A DNA stretch of 64,000 nucleotides from Candidatus Eiseniibacteriota bacterium (GTDB lineage: Bacteria; Eisenbacteria; RBG-16-71-46; CAZAMP01): the NCBI GenBank assembly GCA_965224245.1, contig OZ245046.1:3120484-3184483 (forward strand). The letters run 5' to 3'. Made by a program: the position numbers and the translations under genes. The notes beneath the pieces were generated by a model. The model did not search any database and was not told the origin of the DNA. It saw nothing but the letters and a program-made list of their open reading frames with translations. Within the stretch, counting starts at the first letter, position 1; the number at the start of each line of letters is the position of its first letter. Positions 18,473-27,592 of this stretch are shown here, piece by piece.

Positions 18473-20173
18473 ATGTCTCGCACGATCGTGGCCGTTCTGA
18501 TGGCGAGCCTGTCGCCCGCGGTCTTTACGCCGGCAGCAACGCAGGCGGCCGTCGAGTACGACTACGAGACCACCCTGCCCGGCTACTACCTCGGTCGGGG
18601 TCTGGACGTCGTCGTGGACGATGCCGGCGACGCGTTCGTGAGCGGGTCGTACTACGCGGACGAGCACACGCTCGACATCCTGATCGCCAAGCTCGATGCC
18701 GACGGAACGCCGCTCTGGAGCGTCCCCGTCGGGGCGGACAACTCGGTTCACGACCACGCGGGTGGCATCTGCCTCGATGCGGCGGGCGACCTCTGGGTCG
18801 CGGGGTGGACCTCGTCCGAGAGCTTTCCCACCACGCCCGACGCCCTCGACGACACGCCGTCGTTCGCGGGTGACGTCTTCGTCATGAAGCTCGCGTCCGC
18901 GGACGGCTCCATTCTCTACAGCACGCTCATCGGCGGCGACTACGTCGACCGCGGCTACGACATCTGCATCGACGACGCGGGCGCGATCTACGTGACGGGG
19001 TTCACCGGCTCCACGGACTTCCCCACCACACCCGATGCCTATCAGCCCGAGCCGAGCGCGCCGCTGTACATCTTCCAGGACGCATTCGTCGTCAAGCTCT
19101 CGCCGGACGGCCGGACGCTCCTCTACAGCACGTACTTCGGCGGGTTCGAGGACGACTGGGGCGAGAACATCGCCGTCGACGCCGACGGGAACATCGTGAT
19201 CTCCGGAACCACCGACGCCGAGGACTTCCCGCTGGCCAACCCGATCCAGTCCACCCCGGACCGCATCTTCGTCTCCAAGCTCTCCGCGGACGGCAGCGAG
19301 GTGCTCTTCGGCACCTACTTCGGCGGGGAGAACATCGACTACCTGCGCGGCATGGACCTCGATCCCCTGGGCAACGTGTACCTCACGGGCACCACCCGGT
19401 CGGTCTCCTTCCCCACGACCGCCGGCGCGTTCCAGGAGGACTTCGTCGGCGAGATCAACGGCTGCGAGGAGGGCTTCCCCGGACATCCCGTGAACTGCTT
19501 CGACGGATTCCTGGCCAAGCTGGCCACCGACGGCAGCGGCCTCCAGTACGGGACCTATCTCGGTGGCAGCCTCCACGACGAGCCGTCCACGGTGGTGGTC
19601 GACCCGTCGGGAGCCGCCCACGTCGTCGGCTACTCCGGCTCCCCCGACTACCTGGGATCGGGTAGCAGCTCGGCGTCCATCTTCGTGGCCGGGCTCGACG
19701 CCGGCGGAAGCGCCGTGGAGTACGTCGTCACGAAGGCCTCTCCCAGCGCCGGGGCCGGCCACGGGATCGCACTCGACGCGACCGGCGACGTCTACTTCAC
19801 CGGCGCGCTCGGTGTCCCGTACGACATCTACATCGCGAAGCTGGGCATGCCGGCCATCGTCTCCGTCGGCGACGCCGGCACCGGGCCCGGCTTCCTCACG
19901 CTCGGTCCGAGCACTCCGAACCCGTTCCGGGCGTCCACGCAGGTGACGTACTCGGTCAACGGCGTCGACGACGTGCACGCTCGGCTTCGCGTCTTCGATG
20001 CGTCGGGGCGCCTGGTGCGCACGCTCGTCGACGGCGTCGTGACCCCCGGCGCGCACTCGGAGACGTGGGACGGCACGAACCAGGCAGGGGGACGCGTGTC
20101 TCCGGGCGTGTACTTCTACCGGCTGGAGGCGCGCCAGGCCAGCACCACCGGTCGCATGTTGCTCGTCCGATGA
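18473..20173 (+). CDS. Secreted SBBP (beta-propeller repeat) protein with a C-terminal FlgD-Ig/T9SS-like sorting domain
   Basis: AGGAGG lies 6 nt before ATG 18473, and MSRTIVAVLMASLSPAVFTPAATQA is a signal peptide. SBBP-like repeats recur (FVSGSYY, WVAGWTSSESFPTTPDA, YVTGFTGSTDFPTTPDA). The tail is RLRVFDASGRLVRTLVDG...GVYFYRLEA. Confidence 0.7.
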   Translation: MSRTIVAVLMASLSPAVFTPAATQAAVEYDYETTLPGYYLGRGLDVVVDDAGDAFVSGSYYADEHTLDILIAKLDADGTPLWSVPVGADNSVHDHAGGICLDAAGDLWVAGWTSSESFPTTPDALDDTPSFAGDVFVMKLASADGSILYSTLIGGDYVDRGYDICIDDAGAIYVTGFTGSTDFPTTPDAYQPEPSAPLYIFQDAFVVKLSPDGRTLLYSTYFGGFEDDWGENIAVDADGNIVISGTTDAEDFPLANPIQSTPDRIFVSKLSADGSEVLFGTYFGGENIDYLRGMDLDPLGNVYLTGTTRSVSFPTTAGAFQEDFVGEINGCEEGFPGHPVNCFDGFLAKLATDGSGLQYGTYLGGSLHDEPSTVVVDPSGAAHVVGYSGSPDYLGSGSSSASIFVAGLDAGGSAVEYVVTKASPSAGAGHGIALDATGDVYFTGALGVPYDIYIAKLGMPAIVSVGDAGTGPGFLTLGPSTPNPFRASTQVTYSVNGVDDVHARLRVFDASGRLVRTLVDGVVTPGAHSETWDGTNQAGGRVSPGVYFYRLEARQASTTGRMLLVR

Positions 20174-20189
20174 TCTGAACGAGTCCGAT

Positions 20190-20231
20190 CGGGGCCTCGC
20201 TCCCGTCTCGCGAGAGACGGAGAGCGAGGCC
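20190..20231. terminator. Bidirectional terminator hairpin between convergent genes
   Basis: GGGCCTCGCTCCCGTCTC-gcga-GAGACGGAGAGCGAGGCCC forms a stem of about 18 bp with one mismatch. Confidence 0.4.
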
Positions 20232-20241
20232 CACGACGGCG

Positions 20242-21603
20242 TCAGCGCGCGAGAACGGCCTTCCGCGACCGGACGCCGGTCGCGGTGGAGAGCGTCACGA
20301 CGTAGGTTCCGGCGGGGAGCCGCCGGCCGGCGTCGTCGTGACCATCCCAGCCCACCACCAGCGCTCCTCCGGTCGACCTCGAGTGAACGAGCCGGACGCG
20401 CCTCCCGGTCACGTCGAAGACCGCCAGACTGACCGGCCCCGGCGAGACCGAGCCGGTGAACAGCGTCGACGTGTGGAACGGATTGGGCATCGGCGGATCG
20501 AGCCGGCTGACGACGGGTTCGATCACAGGGTCGCCGACACCGATCGCGGGTGGCGCCAGCCAGGAGTAGTAGAGTCTCGAGCCGCTCCTCTCGTCCACAT
20601 ACGAGACGTGTGGACGCCCCGCCGAGTCCAGACCGAGGGACGAGTGCTTCCCGACCGTCCCCACGGTGGCGACGCGCGTCTCGTGCCAGACCGTACCGTC
20701 GTGCCGGAGGTAGACCAGGTCGGCGGCGCCCTCGTCGTAGGTGGAGATGTGCGGCCGATCGTCCCCGTCGAGCGCCAGCGCGTTGTACGCCCCGATGTCG
20801 CTGCTTCCGGCGTCGATCGAGACGTCCTCCCAGTCCGAGCCGGTCCATCGGAGGTACACGATCCGTCGGTCGGGGTAGAACTTCCCGCAGGCCACGTGCG
20901 GGTTGTCGTCCGAATCGATCGCGATCTGCGGCCAGTGGCCGGCGCTCACGGACTCGAGCAGCTCGAGGTCCCAGAACCCGTCGGAGCCGAGAACGGCATA
21001 CCAGAAGTCGTAGGTGGAGTAGTTGCAGTACGCGATGTGCGGCATCCCGTCGCCATCCACGGCGATCGACGACCACCCCGTGAACCCGAAGTCGACCTCC
21101 GTGACGTGCCACGTGGCGCCGTCCCGGGTCGCGTACCGGAGGTCGCCCTCGCTCTCGACGTCCGCGTAGGAGATGTGGGGACGTCCGTCTGTGTCGACGG
21201 CGATGGAGGGAAACTCGCCCAGCGTCCAGTCGGACGACGAGTCCACGGTCTCGATGCTCCAGTCGACGCCGTCGAAATGCGCGTACCACAGGCCGTCCGC
21301 GTGGTAGGCCACGTGCAGTCCGTCGTTCGCGTCGATGGCCAGCGAGATCCCGAAGCCGACCGGCGAGACGTCGACGATCTCCGTCTGCCAGGTTCCCCCC
21401 GGGGTCTTCCAGGCGTGCTTGAGCGCCTGCTCGAGCGTGGAGCGGTACGCGACGTGCGGCTGATCGCTGGAATCGAGGACGATGGACGAGTACTCGCCCG
21501 TGTACGGCTCGACGTCGACGAGTTCGGTTCGCCAGCCGGCCTCCGCGGGGACAGCCAGGAGAACGACGCACATCGCCGGCAGCCAGCGCGGGCGCAACCA
21601 CAT
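20242..21603 (-). CDS. Secreted protein with about eight tandem repeats of roughly 43 aa (putative beta-propeller) and a C-terminal FlgD-Ig/T9SS-like domain
   Basis: Signal peptide MWLRPRWLPAMCVVLLAVPAEA. The repeat unit is W..E.VD....G..SIAvD.DG.PH(I/V)(A/S)Y, for example PHVAY, LHVAY, PHISY, PHIAY. The tail is SLAVFDVTGRRVRLV...GTYVVTLS. Confidence 0.6.
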   Translation of the reverse strand: MWLRPRWLPAMCVVLLAVPAEAGWRTELVDVEPYTGEYSSIVLDSSDQPHVAYRSTLEQALKHAWKTPGGTWQTEIVDVSPVGFGISLAIDANDGLHVAYHADGLWYAHFDGVDWSIETVDSSSDWTLGEFPSIAVDTDGRPHISYADVESEGDLRYATRDGATWHVTEVDFGFTGWSSIAVDGDGMPHIAYCNYSTYDFWYAVLGSDGFWDLELLESVSAGHWPQIAIDSDDNPHVACGKFYPDRRIVYLRWTGSDWEDVSIDAGSSDIGAYNALALDGDDRPHISTYDEGAADLVYLRHDGTVWHETRVATVGTVGKHSSLGLDSAGRPHVSYVDERSGSRLYYSWLAPPAIGVGDPVIEPVVSRLDPPMPNPFHTSTLFTGSVSPGPVSLAVFDVTGRRVRLVHSRSTGGALVVGWDGHDDAGRRLPAGTYVVTLSTATGVRSRKAVLAR

Positions 21604-21843
21604 GGACCTGGGATTCACTCCCGGGGACGTTGCGGCGCGGGGCTCGTTCACCGTCATGCCGGAGCCTCCAGAAGGGTCGGGCAGTCCCGTGCGCCGGGAC
21701 GGGCACGGTCGCTGGACGGCCACCGCGTGAGTCTACCAGGCCCGCGCCGTTCGCCGACACCACGCGGACGACGGACACTTGACTCGCGGCGCCGGGTCGA
21801 GATACTTTGTATCGTAAAGTCATGCCACCCGGAGAGAGGGCCC

Positions 21844-22455
21844 ATGCAGCTCGACGAGGCGCTCCGTCAAATCTCCGACATTCGCGAGCAGATGGCGCGA
21901 ACTCGCGCGTTCCGCGGCTATCGCTCGATGACCGTCGCCTTCTCCGGCGCGATGGGGCTGGCAGCCGCCGCGCTCCAGCCGCACTGGGTCGCGACGCCGG
22001 AGACCAACCTCGGGCGATACCTCGGACTGTGGCTCGCCGTCGCGCTGATCAGCTTGCTCGCCGCCTGTCTCGAGCTGTACCGGCGCGCCCGAGACGACGG
22101 ATCGGACGTGGCCCGTCAGCGGACGATGCACGCGGTCGAACAGTTTGCGCCCAGCGTCGTCGTGGGGGCTCTCCTGACGCTGATCATCCATGGCCGGGCA
22201 CCCGACGTGGCCTGGATGCTGCCGGGTCTGTGGTCGTCGATCTTCGGGCTGGGGATCTTCGCCTCGCGCCGGCTGCTGCCGCGGCAGGTCCGCTGGGTCG
22301 GCACGTTCTACGTCCTGTGCGGAGGTGGTTGCCTGTTGTGGGGACGCGGTGACAACGTCCTGTCTCCGTGGTTGATGGGCATCAGCTTCGGCGGCGGCCA
22401 GCTGCTGGGCGCGGTGATCCTGTACTGGATTCTGGAGCGGGCCGATGCCGCGTAA
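21844..22455 (+). CDS. Hypothetical integral membrane protein (5-6 transmembrane helices)
   Basis: The real part of the spurious 705-aa ORF begins MQLDEALRQISD, with GGAGAGAGGG upstream. Hydrophobic helices include LWLAVALISLLAACL and GALLTLIIHG. The gene is 203 aa and overlaps the next gene by 11 nt. Confidence 0.45.
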   Translation: MQLDEALRQISDIREQMARTRAFRGYRSMTVAFSGAMGLAAAALQPHWVATPETNLGRYLGLWLAVALISLLAACLELYRRARDDGSDVARQRTMHAVEQFAPSVVVGALLTLIIHGRAPDVAWMLPGLWSSIFGLGIFASRRLLPRQVRWVGTFYVLCGGGCLLWGRGDNVLSPWLMGISFGGGQLLGAVILYWILERADAA

Positions 22456-22861
22456 CCGAGCGGGTGAGATCGATGGCGCCCGGAACGCCGCGGCCCGGGC
22501 GGGCCGGTTCTCGTACGACGGCCTCGATCGTGTCATGCACGAGAAGGCCCGGTTGAGCATCCTGGCCTCCCTCGCCGCCAACGTCGAGGGACTCCTGTTC
22601 ACCGACCTGAAAGAGCTGTGTGCGCTGACGGATGGGAATCTCAGCCGCCATCTGGCGGTTCTGAGCGATGCGGGGCTGGTCGACGTCTGGAAGCGCGCGG
22701 CGGGATCGCGACCCCGGACCCTGTATCGCCTGACCGCCGATGGCCGGCGCCGGTTCGCCGCCTACATCGGCGTGCTGGAGAGGGTGGTGACGGATGCACA
22801 GGCGGACGAGGCAACCGCCACGCGCCGGCGCCGGTTGCCGGAAGGCTGGTCACCGGCCTAG
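22445..22861 (+). CDS. Winged-helix transcriptional regulator (HTH_34 / ArsR-PadR-like)
   Basis: KARLSILASLAANVEGLLFTDLKELCALTDGNLSRHLAVLSDAGLVDVWKR fits a winged helix-turn-helix. The gene is 138 aa. Confidence 0.5.
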   Translation: MPRNRAGEIDGARNAAARAGRFSYDGLDRVMHEKARLSILASLAANVEGLLFTDLKELCALTDGNLSRHLAVLSDAGLVDVWKRAAGSRPRTLYRLTADGRRRFAAYIGVLERVVTDAQADEATATRRRRLPEGWSPA

Positions 22862-22965
22862 CGACGCCGTTCACTTTACTTTTTTGACTCTTTGCTTTGC
22901 AGCGCAAAGTCCCGACGAATGGTGAGGACCGACCGGATGACGACGCACATCGGGCCGTCGCACGC

Positions 22966-24213
22966 ATGAGAGCTCCGCTGCTGATCGCGGTCGTCGCCGG
23001 CGTGCCGCTTGTCGTCATCGTGATCGTGACGTGGGTGTGGATCACGATGCCGCCCGCGCTCGATCCGGACGCGCTGCCCGCACGCGTGCTCGAGCCCCCC
23101 TCGCCGGCATGGCGAGACGCCGTGGAGGAGGGGCGATCCCTCGCCCGCGCGGCCGTCGCCGAGGAGAAGCTGCCGGGGCTCTCGGTGGCGGTCGCGGTGG
23201 ATGGCGCGATCGTCTGGGCGGAGGGGTTTCGCTGGGCCGACATGGAGAGCCAGACGCCGGTGACGCCCGCGACGCGGTTCCGGATCGGCGGTATCTCCGC
23301 CACCCTCACCGCCGCCGCCGTCGGGCTCCTGTCCGAGCGGGACCTCCTCGATCCAGACGCCCCCGTGCGGCACTACGTTCCGAGCTTCCCCGAGAAGCGA
23401 TGGCCGGTCACCACACGCCAGCTCATGTCGCACACCGGCGGCATCACGCCCTTCCGCGGTGAAGGCGGGATCATCCGGGGACCCGGCTGCGAGAACGATG
23501 CGGACCGCATCGCGATCTTCGCCGGCGATTCGTTGCGATTCCGGCCCGGAACGGATCGTCGCTACTCGACGTACGGCTGGGTGCTGGTGGGCGCCGTGGT
23601 TGCCGCGGCGGCGGACGAGTCCTATCTCGGCTTCGTCCGACGTGAGATCCTCGAGCCGCTGGGCATGGAGAGCACCGGTCCCGACGCCGCCGGCGGGACC
23701 GAGTCCGACCGCGCGCGGTTCTACTACCCCCGGATGATGCTCAGTCCGCGCTACGGCCTGCAGGACGCGCCGGTGGTGGATCTATCCTGTCACCTGCCGG
23801 CGGTCGGCTTCCTGTCCACGCCTTCCGACCTCGTGCGCTTCGGCGCCGCGATGATGCGTGATCGACTGCTGAGTCGAGAGACGGTGGCGCAGCTGGAGGA
23901 ACCGTCGCGGCTCGAGTCGGACGCACCGGCCGAGCAGGCGCTCGGCTGGATCGTGCGCACGATCCCGATGGGCACGGACTCGATCGCCACGCGGATCGTG
24001 GGCCAGGGCCTCGGGGAGGTCGTTCTCAGGAGACCGCTCTCGGTCCAGACCACGGGCGGCCAGGTCGCCGGGAGCACGGCATCGCTCATCCTCGTCCCCG
24101 AGCACGACGTCGCGGTTGCCGTGGCGAGCAACGTGACCGGCGCCGAGAGCGTGCCGTCGCTCGCGACCGAGCTCGCCGACCTCGTCGTCCGCCGTCTTCG
24201 ATCGCGCCGATGA
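22966..24213 (+). CDS. Membrane-anchored beta-lactamase / PBP-fold serine hydrolase homolog with altered catalytic motifs (candidate pseudoenzyme or sensor)
   Basis: MRAPLLIAVVAGVPLVVIVIV is an N-terminal transmembrane anchor. Motif 1 reads FRIGGISATLTAA where SxxK is expected, so Lys is replaced by Leu. Motif 2 reads RYSTYGWVLVG where YxN is expected, so Asn is replaced by Thr. The overall fold signature (HTGG...) is retained. Confidence 0.6.
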   Translation: MRAPLLIAVVAGVPLVVIVIVTWVWITMPPALDPDALPARVLEPPSPAWRDAVEEGRSLARAAVAEEKLPGLSVAVAVDGAIVWAEGFRWADMESQTPVTPATRFRIGGISATLTAAAVGLLSERDLLDPDAPVRHYVPSFPEKRWPVTTRQLMSHTGGITPFRGEGGIIRGPGCENDADRIAIFAGDSLRFRPGTDRRYSTYGWVLVGAVVAAAADESYLGFVRREILEPLGMESTGPDAAGGTESDRARFYYPRMMLSPRYGLQDAPVVDLSCHLPAVGFLSTPSDLVRFGAAMMRDRLLSRETVAQLEEPSRLESDAPAEQALGWIVRTIPMGTDSIATRIVGQGLGEVVLRRPLSVQTTGGQVAGSTASLILVPEHDVAVAVASNVTGAESVPSLATELADLVVRRLRSRR

Positions 24214-24391
24214 TCCCGTGCATCTCGCACCATGCGACCGAGGAGGCCCGCCGGATGACGACGCGCCGCGTTCCCGGAGCCAGGTCGAAGCGGGACGCCG
24301 TGCGACCGCTCCTCCACGGACTCCCGCGCTGGCGCGCCTGTTCGCGCGACCGGCGGCGCCGGCCGACGAGCCGGGCACCGAGGCGCCCCCG

Positions 24392-27300
24392 TCACGGGTG
24401 GAGAAACGACTCCAGTGAACGACGTCGCCCACTCTCCCACGCCGTCTCGTACGTCGTGTCCCCGAGGGTCCGCCGCACGCGCGCCAGCAACGGGTCGAGC
24501 TCGTCGGCGTGGCGCCTTCGCTGCCGAGGGTGGGGCCATCGTTCGTCGGCGGCGGCGAAGTGCTGAACGGCGCCCGTCAGGTCTCCGCTCGCCTCGGCCA
24601 CGAATCCGAGCTCCACGAGCGTGATGGGGCAGGCGCGAGCATCGCCCAGCTCGTACTGCACGCGAAGGGCGCGCATGAGAAGCGCGCGCGCGTCGTCCAG
24701 GCGTCCCTGCCGGCGCGCGAGGCCGCCCAGGTCGGTCGCGCACAGGGCCTGCACGTAGGGGCTCTCGAACTGCTCGTCGTCACCGATGGCCTCCTCGAGC
24801 AACCGTCGCGCTTCGTCGAGTCGTCCCTCGGCCTCCGATGTCGCCGCCAGGTTCCTCAGGCAGTACTTCACCAGCTCCCGGAGATCCGCCTCGCGCGCCA
24901 GCGCCAGCCCTTCCTCCAGGTACCCTGTCGCCTCCGGGTAGCTCTCTCGCCCCACGGCCAGAACCGCCAGATTCACCAGGGTCTGCACGATGCCGTGCGG
25001 TGTACCCAGCCGCCGCCGGACCGCCAGTGCCTCGGTCAGGAGCTCCTGCGCTGTCTTCGTGTCGCCCCGGTCGATGGCCAGAATCGCGACGTTGTTGAGT
25101 GTCTGTGCGGTGGCCGAGTCGTCGCCGAGCTCTCGAAACAGCGTGAGGCTGGCGCCGAGGCGGCGCTGCGCCTCCTCTCGATCCCCCTGAGCCGCCGCGA
25201 GGTTTCCCACCGTGCGCAGAACGGGCGCGTGATGCCTCGGATAGCGCGCGGCGTCGGGATGATCGGCCAGCTCACTCCCGAGCGTACGGGCCTCGTGCCA
25301 GTGGCCACGCCGCTCGAAGTACCCGGCGAGATTCGCGACCATTTCGAGGGCCGTGCCCACGTCCCCGGATGCGCGGCAGCGCCGGAGCGCGGCTCGGATG
25401 TTGTCGAGATCGCGATCCATGCGGTCGAGAAGATCGGGCTCGTAGCCGCCCGGCCCACGGTGCGCCACGTTCCGCGCCCGATCCAGAAAGTGCGTCACGT
25501 GCCGACGGTCCACCGCGGAGCGAGGCTCCTCCTCGGTCAACCGCTCGGCGGCGAAGCTCCGGATCGTGTCGAGCATGTGGTAGCGCGTCCACCGCGAGGT
25601 GGTGTCCAGCGTGATCAGAGAGCGAGCCACGAGCTGATAGTGCAGGCTGGGGACATCCGATGCGTCCAGCGTATCGTCCGAGCACACGTCGGTCGCCGAT
25701 TCCACCGTCCACCCGCCCGAGAAGACCGAGAGTCGACGCAACAACGTGCGCTCGGCACGACTCAGGAAGTCGTAGCTCCAGCCGACCAGCGCGCGCAGCG
25801 TCCCGTGGTGTGGCAGCGTCCCCGTGCCGGGATGGCCGAGATCCAGAAGGCACTCGTCGATCAGGCGGGCGATCTCGTCGATCGGCAGCGTCGCCGTGTA
25901 CACGGCAACCAGCTCGATCGCCAGCGGTATCCCATCGACGCGGCGACAGATCTGCGCCGTGCTCGTCGCGTTCGCCTCCGAGAGTGCGAAGCGACCGTCC
26001 GCAGCTCGCGCGCGATCGGTAAAGAGACGGACCGACTCCACCGTTCGCACGTCACCGAGCCGTGGACGCTCGGGATGCGGGAGCTCGAGCGGCGGAACGA
26101 CGGCGGATACCTCGCCCGGCACGCGCAGCGCCTCGCGGCTCGTGGCGAGGATGCTGACGTTTTGCGTCGCGTGCACGATCCGTCCGACCGCGTCGGCGCA
26201 GGCGGCGGTGACGTGCTCGCAGCCGTCCAGAACCAGGAGCGCCCGGCGATCGGCGAGGAACGTGATGACGGCATCCAGCAAGGACTCCGTCGCGACCGGC
26301 TTCGCTCCGATGGCGCCCGCGATCACCGATGACACGAGACGCGGATCCGCGACGTGGGTGAGCTCGACGAACCAGACGCCGCCGGGAAACCAGGAGGCGG
26401 CGGATCGCGCGATCTCGACGGCCGTCCGCGTCTTTCCGCACCCGCCCGTTCCGGTCAAGGTCACGAGTCGACGCTCGCGGATCGTCGCTCCGACGTCCCG
26501 GTGCAGCCGCTCACGTCCGACGTAGCGGGTCAGAAACCGCGGAAGAAACGGCTCGACCCTCGTGTCCGAGCCCGCGATCTCACGCGCCTTCTCGAGCGCC
26601 GCCGCCATCTCCCCCGCGCTCTCCCAGCGAGCCGTCGGATCGTGGGCGAGTGCGCGATCGATGGTGTGCGCGAACGCTTCCGAGAGCTCGGGCCGGCGCT
26701 CCCGGACGCTCGTCGTGGTGCGGGTCGCCAGCGCCGAGCGCAGCTCCTCCATGCTCGACGCTCGCACCGGGTACTCGCCGGTCACGAGCAGGTGAAGAAG
26801 GACGCCCAGGCTGTAGAGGTCGGAGCCCGGAGTCGCCACGCCACGTTCGAGAACCTCCGGCGCGACGTAGAGCGGGGTACCGACGACCCCCTGCGGACCG
26901 GATCCGCCGTCGCTCGCGTGATCGATGCCGGCCCCGAGGTCCATGAGCACGATCCGTCCGTCGGCGTCGCGCATGACGTTCGTCGCCTTCACGTCGCGGT
27001 GCAGGAGTCCGGCCTCGTGCGTGGCCGTCAGCGCGTGGCAGATCGCCAGCCCGACCTCGACGGCGACGCTCTCCGAGAACGTCCCGTCCGTCTCGAGAAG
27101 CTCGGCCAGGGTCCGTCCCCGGATGAGCTCCATGCGCAGTCCGATGAGGTCCTCGTGCTCGTCGATGCAGATGACGCGCACGATGTTGGGGTGTCGCAGG
27201 CGTGCGAGCCGGCGTCCCTCCTCGACGAGACGACCGACGACGCCGCCGCTCCCGGGCCGAAGGACCTTGACCGCGACGTGCTCGTCGAGGAGCAGGTCCC

Positions 27301-27592
27301 TGGCACGATAGACCGTGCCGAACGTCCCGCGACCGATCGTCGACTCCAGTCGAAGCGAGCCCCAGGCCGCCGGTACGGGTGTGCCGTCCGCGAGCACGTC
27401 GAGGGACGCATCCGGTGATGCCTCGGCGAGCCTCGAGACGCGGGCGATGAGCTCCAATGCGTCGACGACCCCCGCGTCCTCCGACCTCGACGATCGTTCG
27501 CGCGGCCAGTCGACGTTCACCCCGTCCGCAACGGACTCCGCGAGTGGATCGACCGGTTCGTCGCGACGCGACGCCTCGCTACGCGCGGTCAT
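24392..27592 (-). CDS. Ser/Thr protein kinase fused to a STAND-type NTPase (NB-ARC/AAA) and TPR repeats
   Basis: Kinase signatures are GRGTFGTVYRA, HRDVKATNVM and DLGAG. The Walker A motif is LTGTGGCGKTRTA and Walker B is LLVLDGCEH. The C-terminus carries many TPR-like repeats (LNNVAILAIDRGD...). The gene is 1066 aa. Confidence 0.85.
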   Translation of the reverse strand: MTARSEASRRDEPVDPLAESVADGVNVDWPRERSSRSEDAGVVDALELIARVSRLAEASPDASLDVLADGTPVPAAWGSLRLESTIGRGTFGTVYRARDLLLDEHVAVKVLRPGSGGVVGRLVEEGRRLARLRHPNIVRVICIDEHEDLIGLRMELIRGRTLAELLETDGTFSESVAVEVGLAICHALTATHEAGLLHRDVKATNVMRDADGRIVLMDLGAGIDHASDGGSGPQGVVGTPLYVAPEVLERGVATPGSDLYSLGVLLHLLVTGEYPVRASSMEELRSALATRTTTSVRERRPELSEAFAHTIDRALAHDPTARWESAGEMAAALEKAREIAGSDTRVEPFLPRFLTRYVGRERLHRDVGATIRERRLVTLTGTGGCGKTRTAVEIARSAASWFPGGVWFVELTHVADPRLVSSVIAGAIGAKPVATESLLDAVITFLADRRALLVLDGCEHVTAACADAVGRIVHATQNVSILATSREALRVPGEVSAVVPPLELPHPERPRLGDVRTVESVRLFTDRARAADGRFALSEANATSTAQICRRVDGIPLAIELVAVYTATLPIDEIARLIDECLLDLGHPGTGTLPHHGTLRALVGWSYDFLSRAERTLLRRLSVFSGGWTVESATDVCSDDTLDASDVPSLHYQLVARSLITLDTTSRWTRYHMLDTIRSFAAERLTEEEPRSAVDRRHVTHFLDRARNVAHRGPGGYEPDLLDRMDRDLDNIRAALRRCRASGDVGTALEMVANLAGYFERRGHWHEARTLGSELADHPDAARYPRHHAPVLRTVGNLAAAQGDREEAQRRLGASLTLFRELGDDSATAQTLNNVAILAIDRGDTKTAQELLTEALAVRRRLGTPHGIVQTLVNLAVLAVGRESYPEATGYLEEGLALAREADLRELVKYCLRNLAATSEAEGRLDEARRLLEEAIGDDEQFESPYVQALCATDLGGLARRQGRLDDARALLMRALRVQYELGDARACPITLVELGFVAEASGDLTGAVQHFAAADERWPHPRQRRRHADELDPLLARVRRTLGDTTYETAWESGRRRSLESFLHP

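Noticed and set aside
18449-21823. 1124-aa minus-strand ORF rich in Arg, Gly and Val
   Set aside because: It is antisense to the SBBP gene and out of frame with the repeat-protein gene. Its composition is typical of shadow ORFs in high-GC DNA and it has no recognisable motifs.
20338-22455. 705-aa plus-strand ORF
   Set aside because: Only the last 203 aa (the membrane protein from MQLDEALRQ) are plausible. The upstream part is antisense to the repeat-protein gene and Arg-rich.
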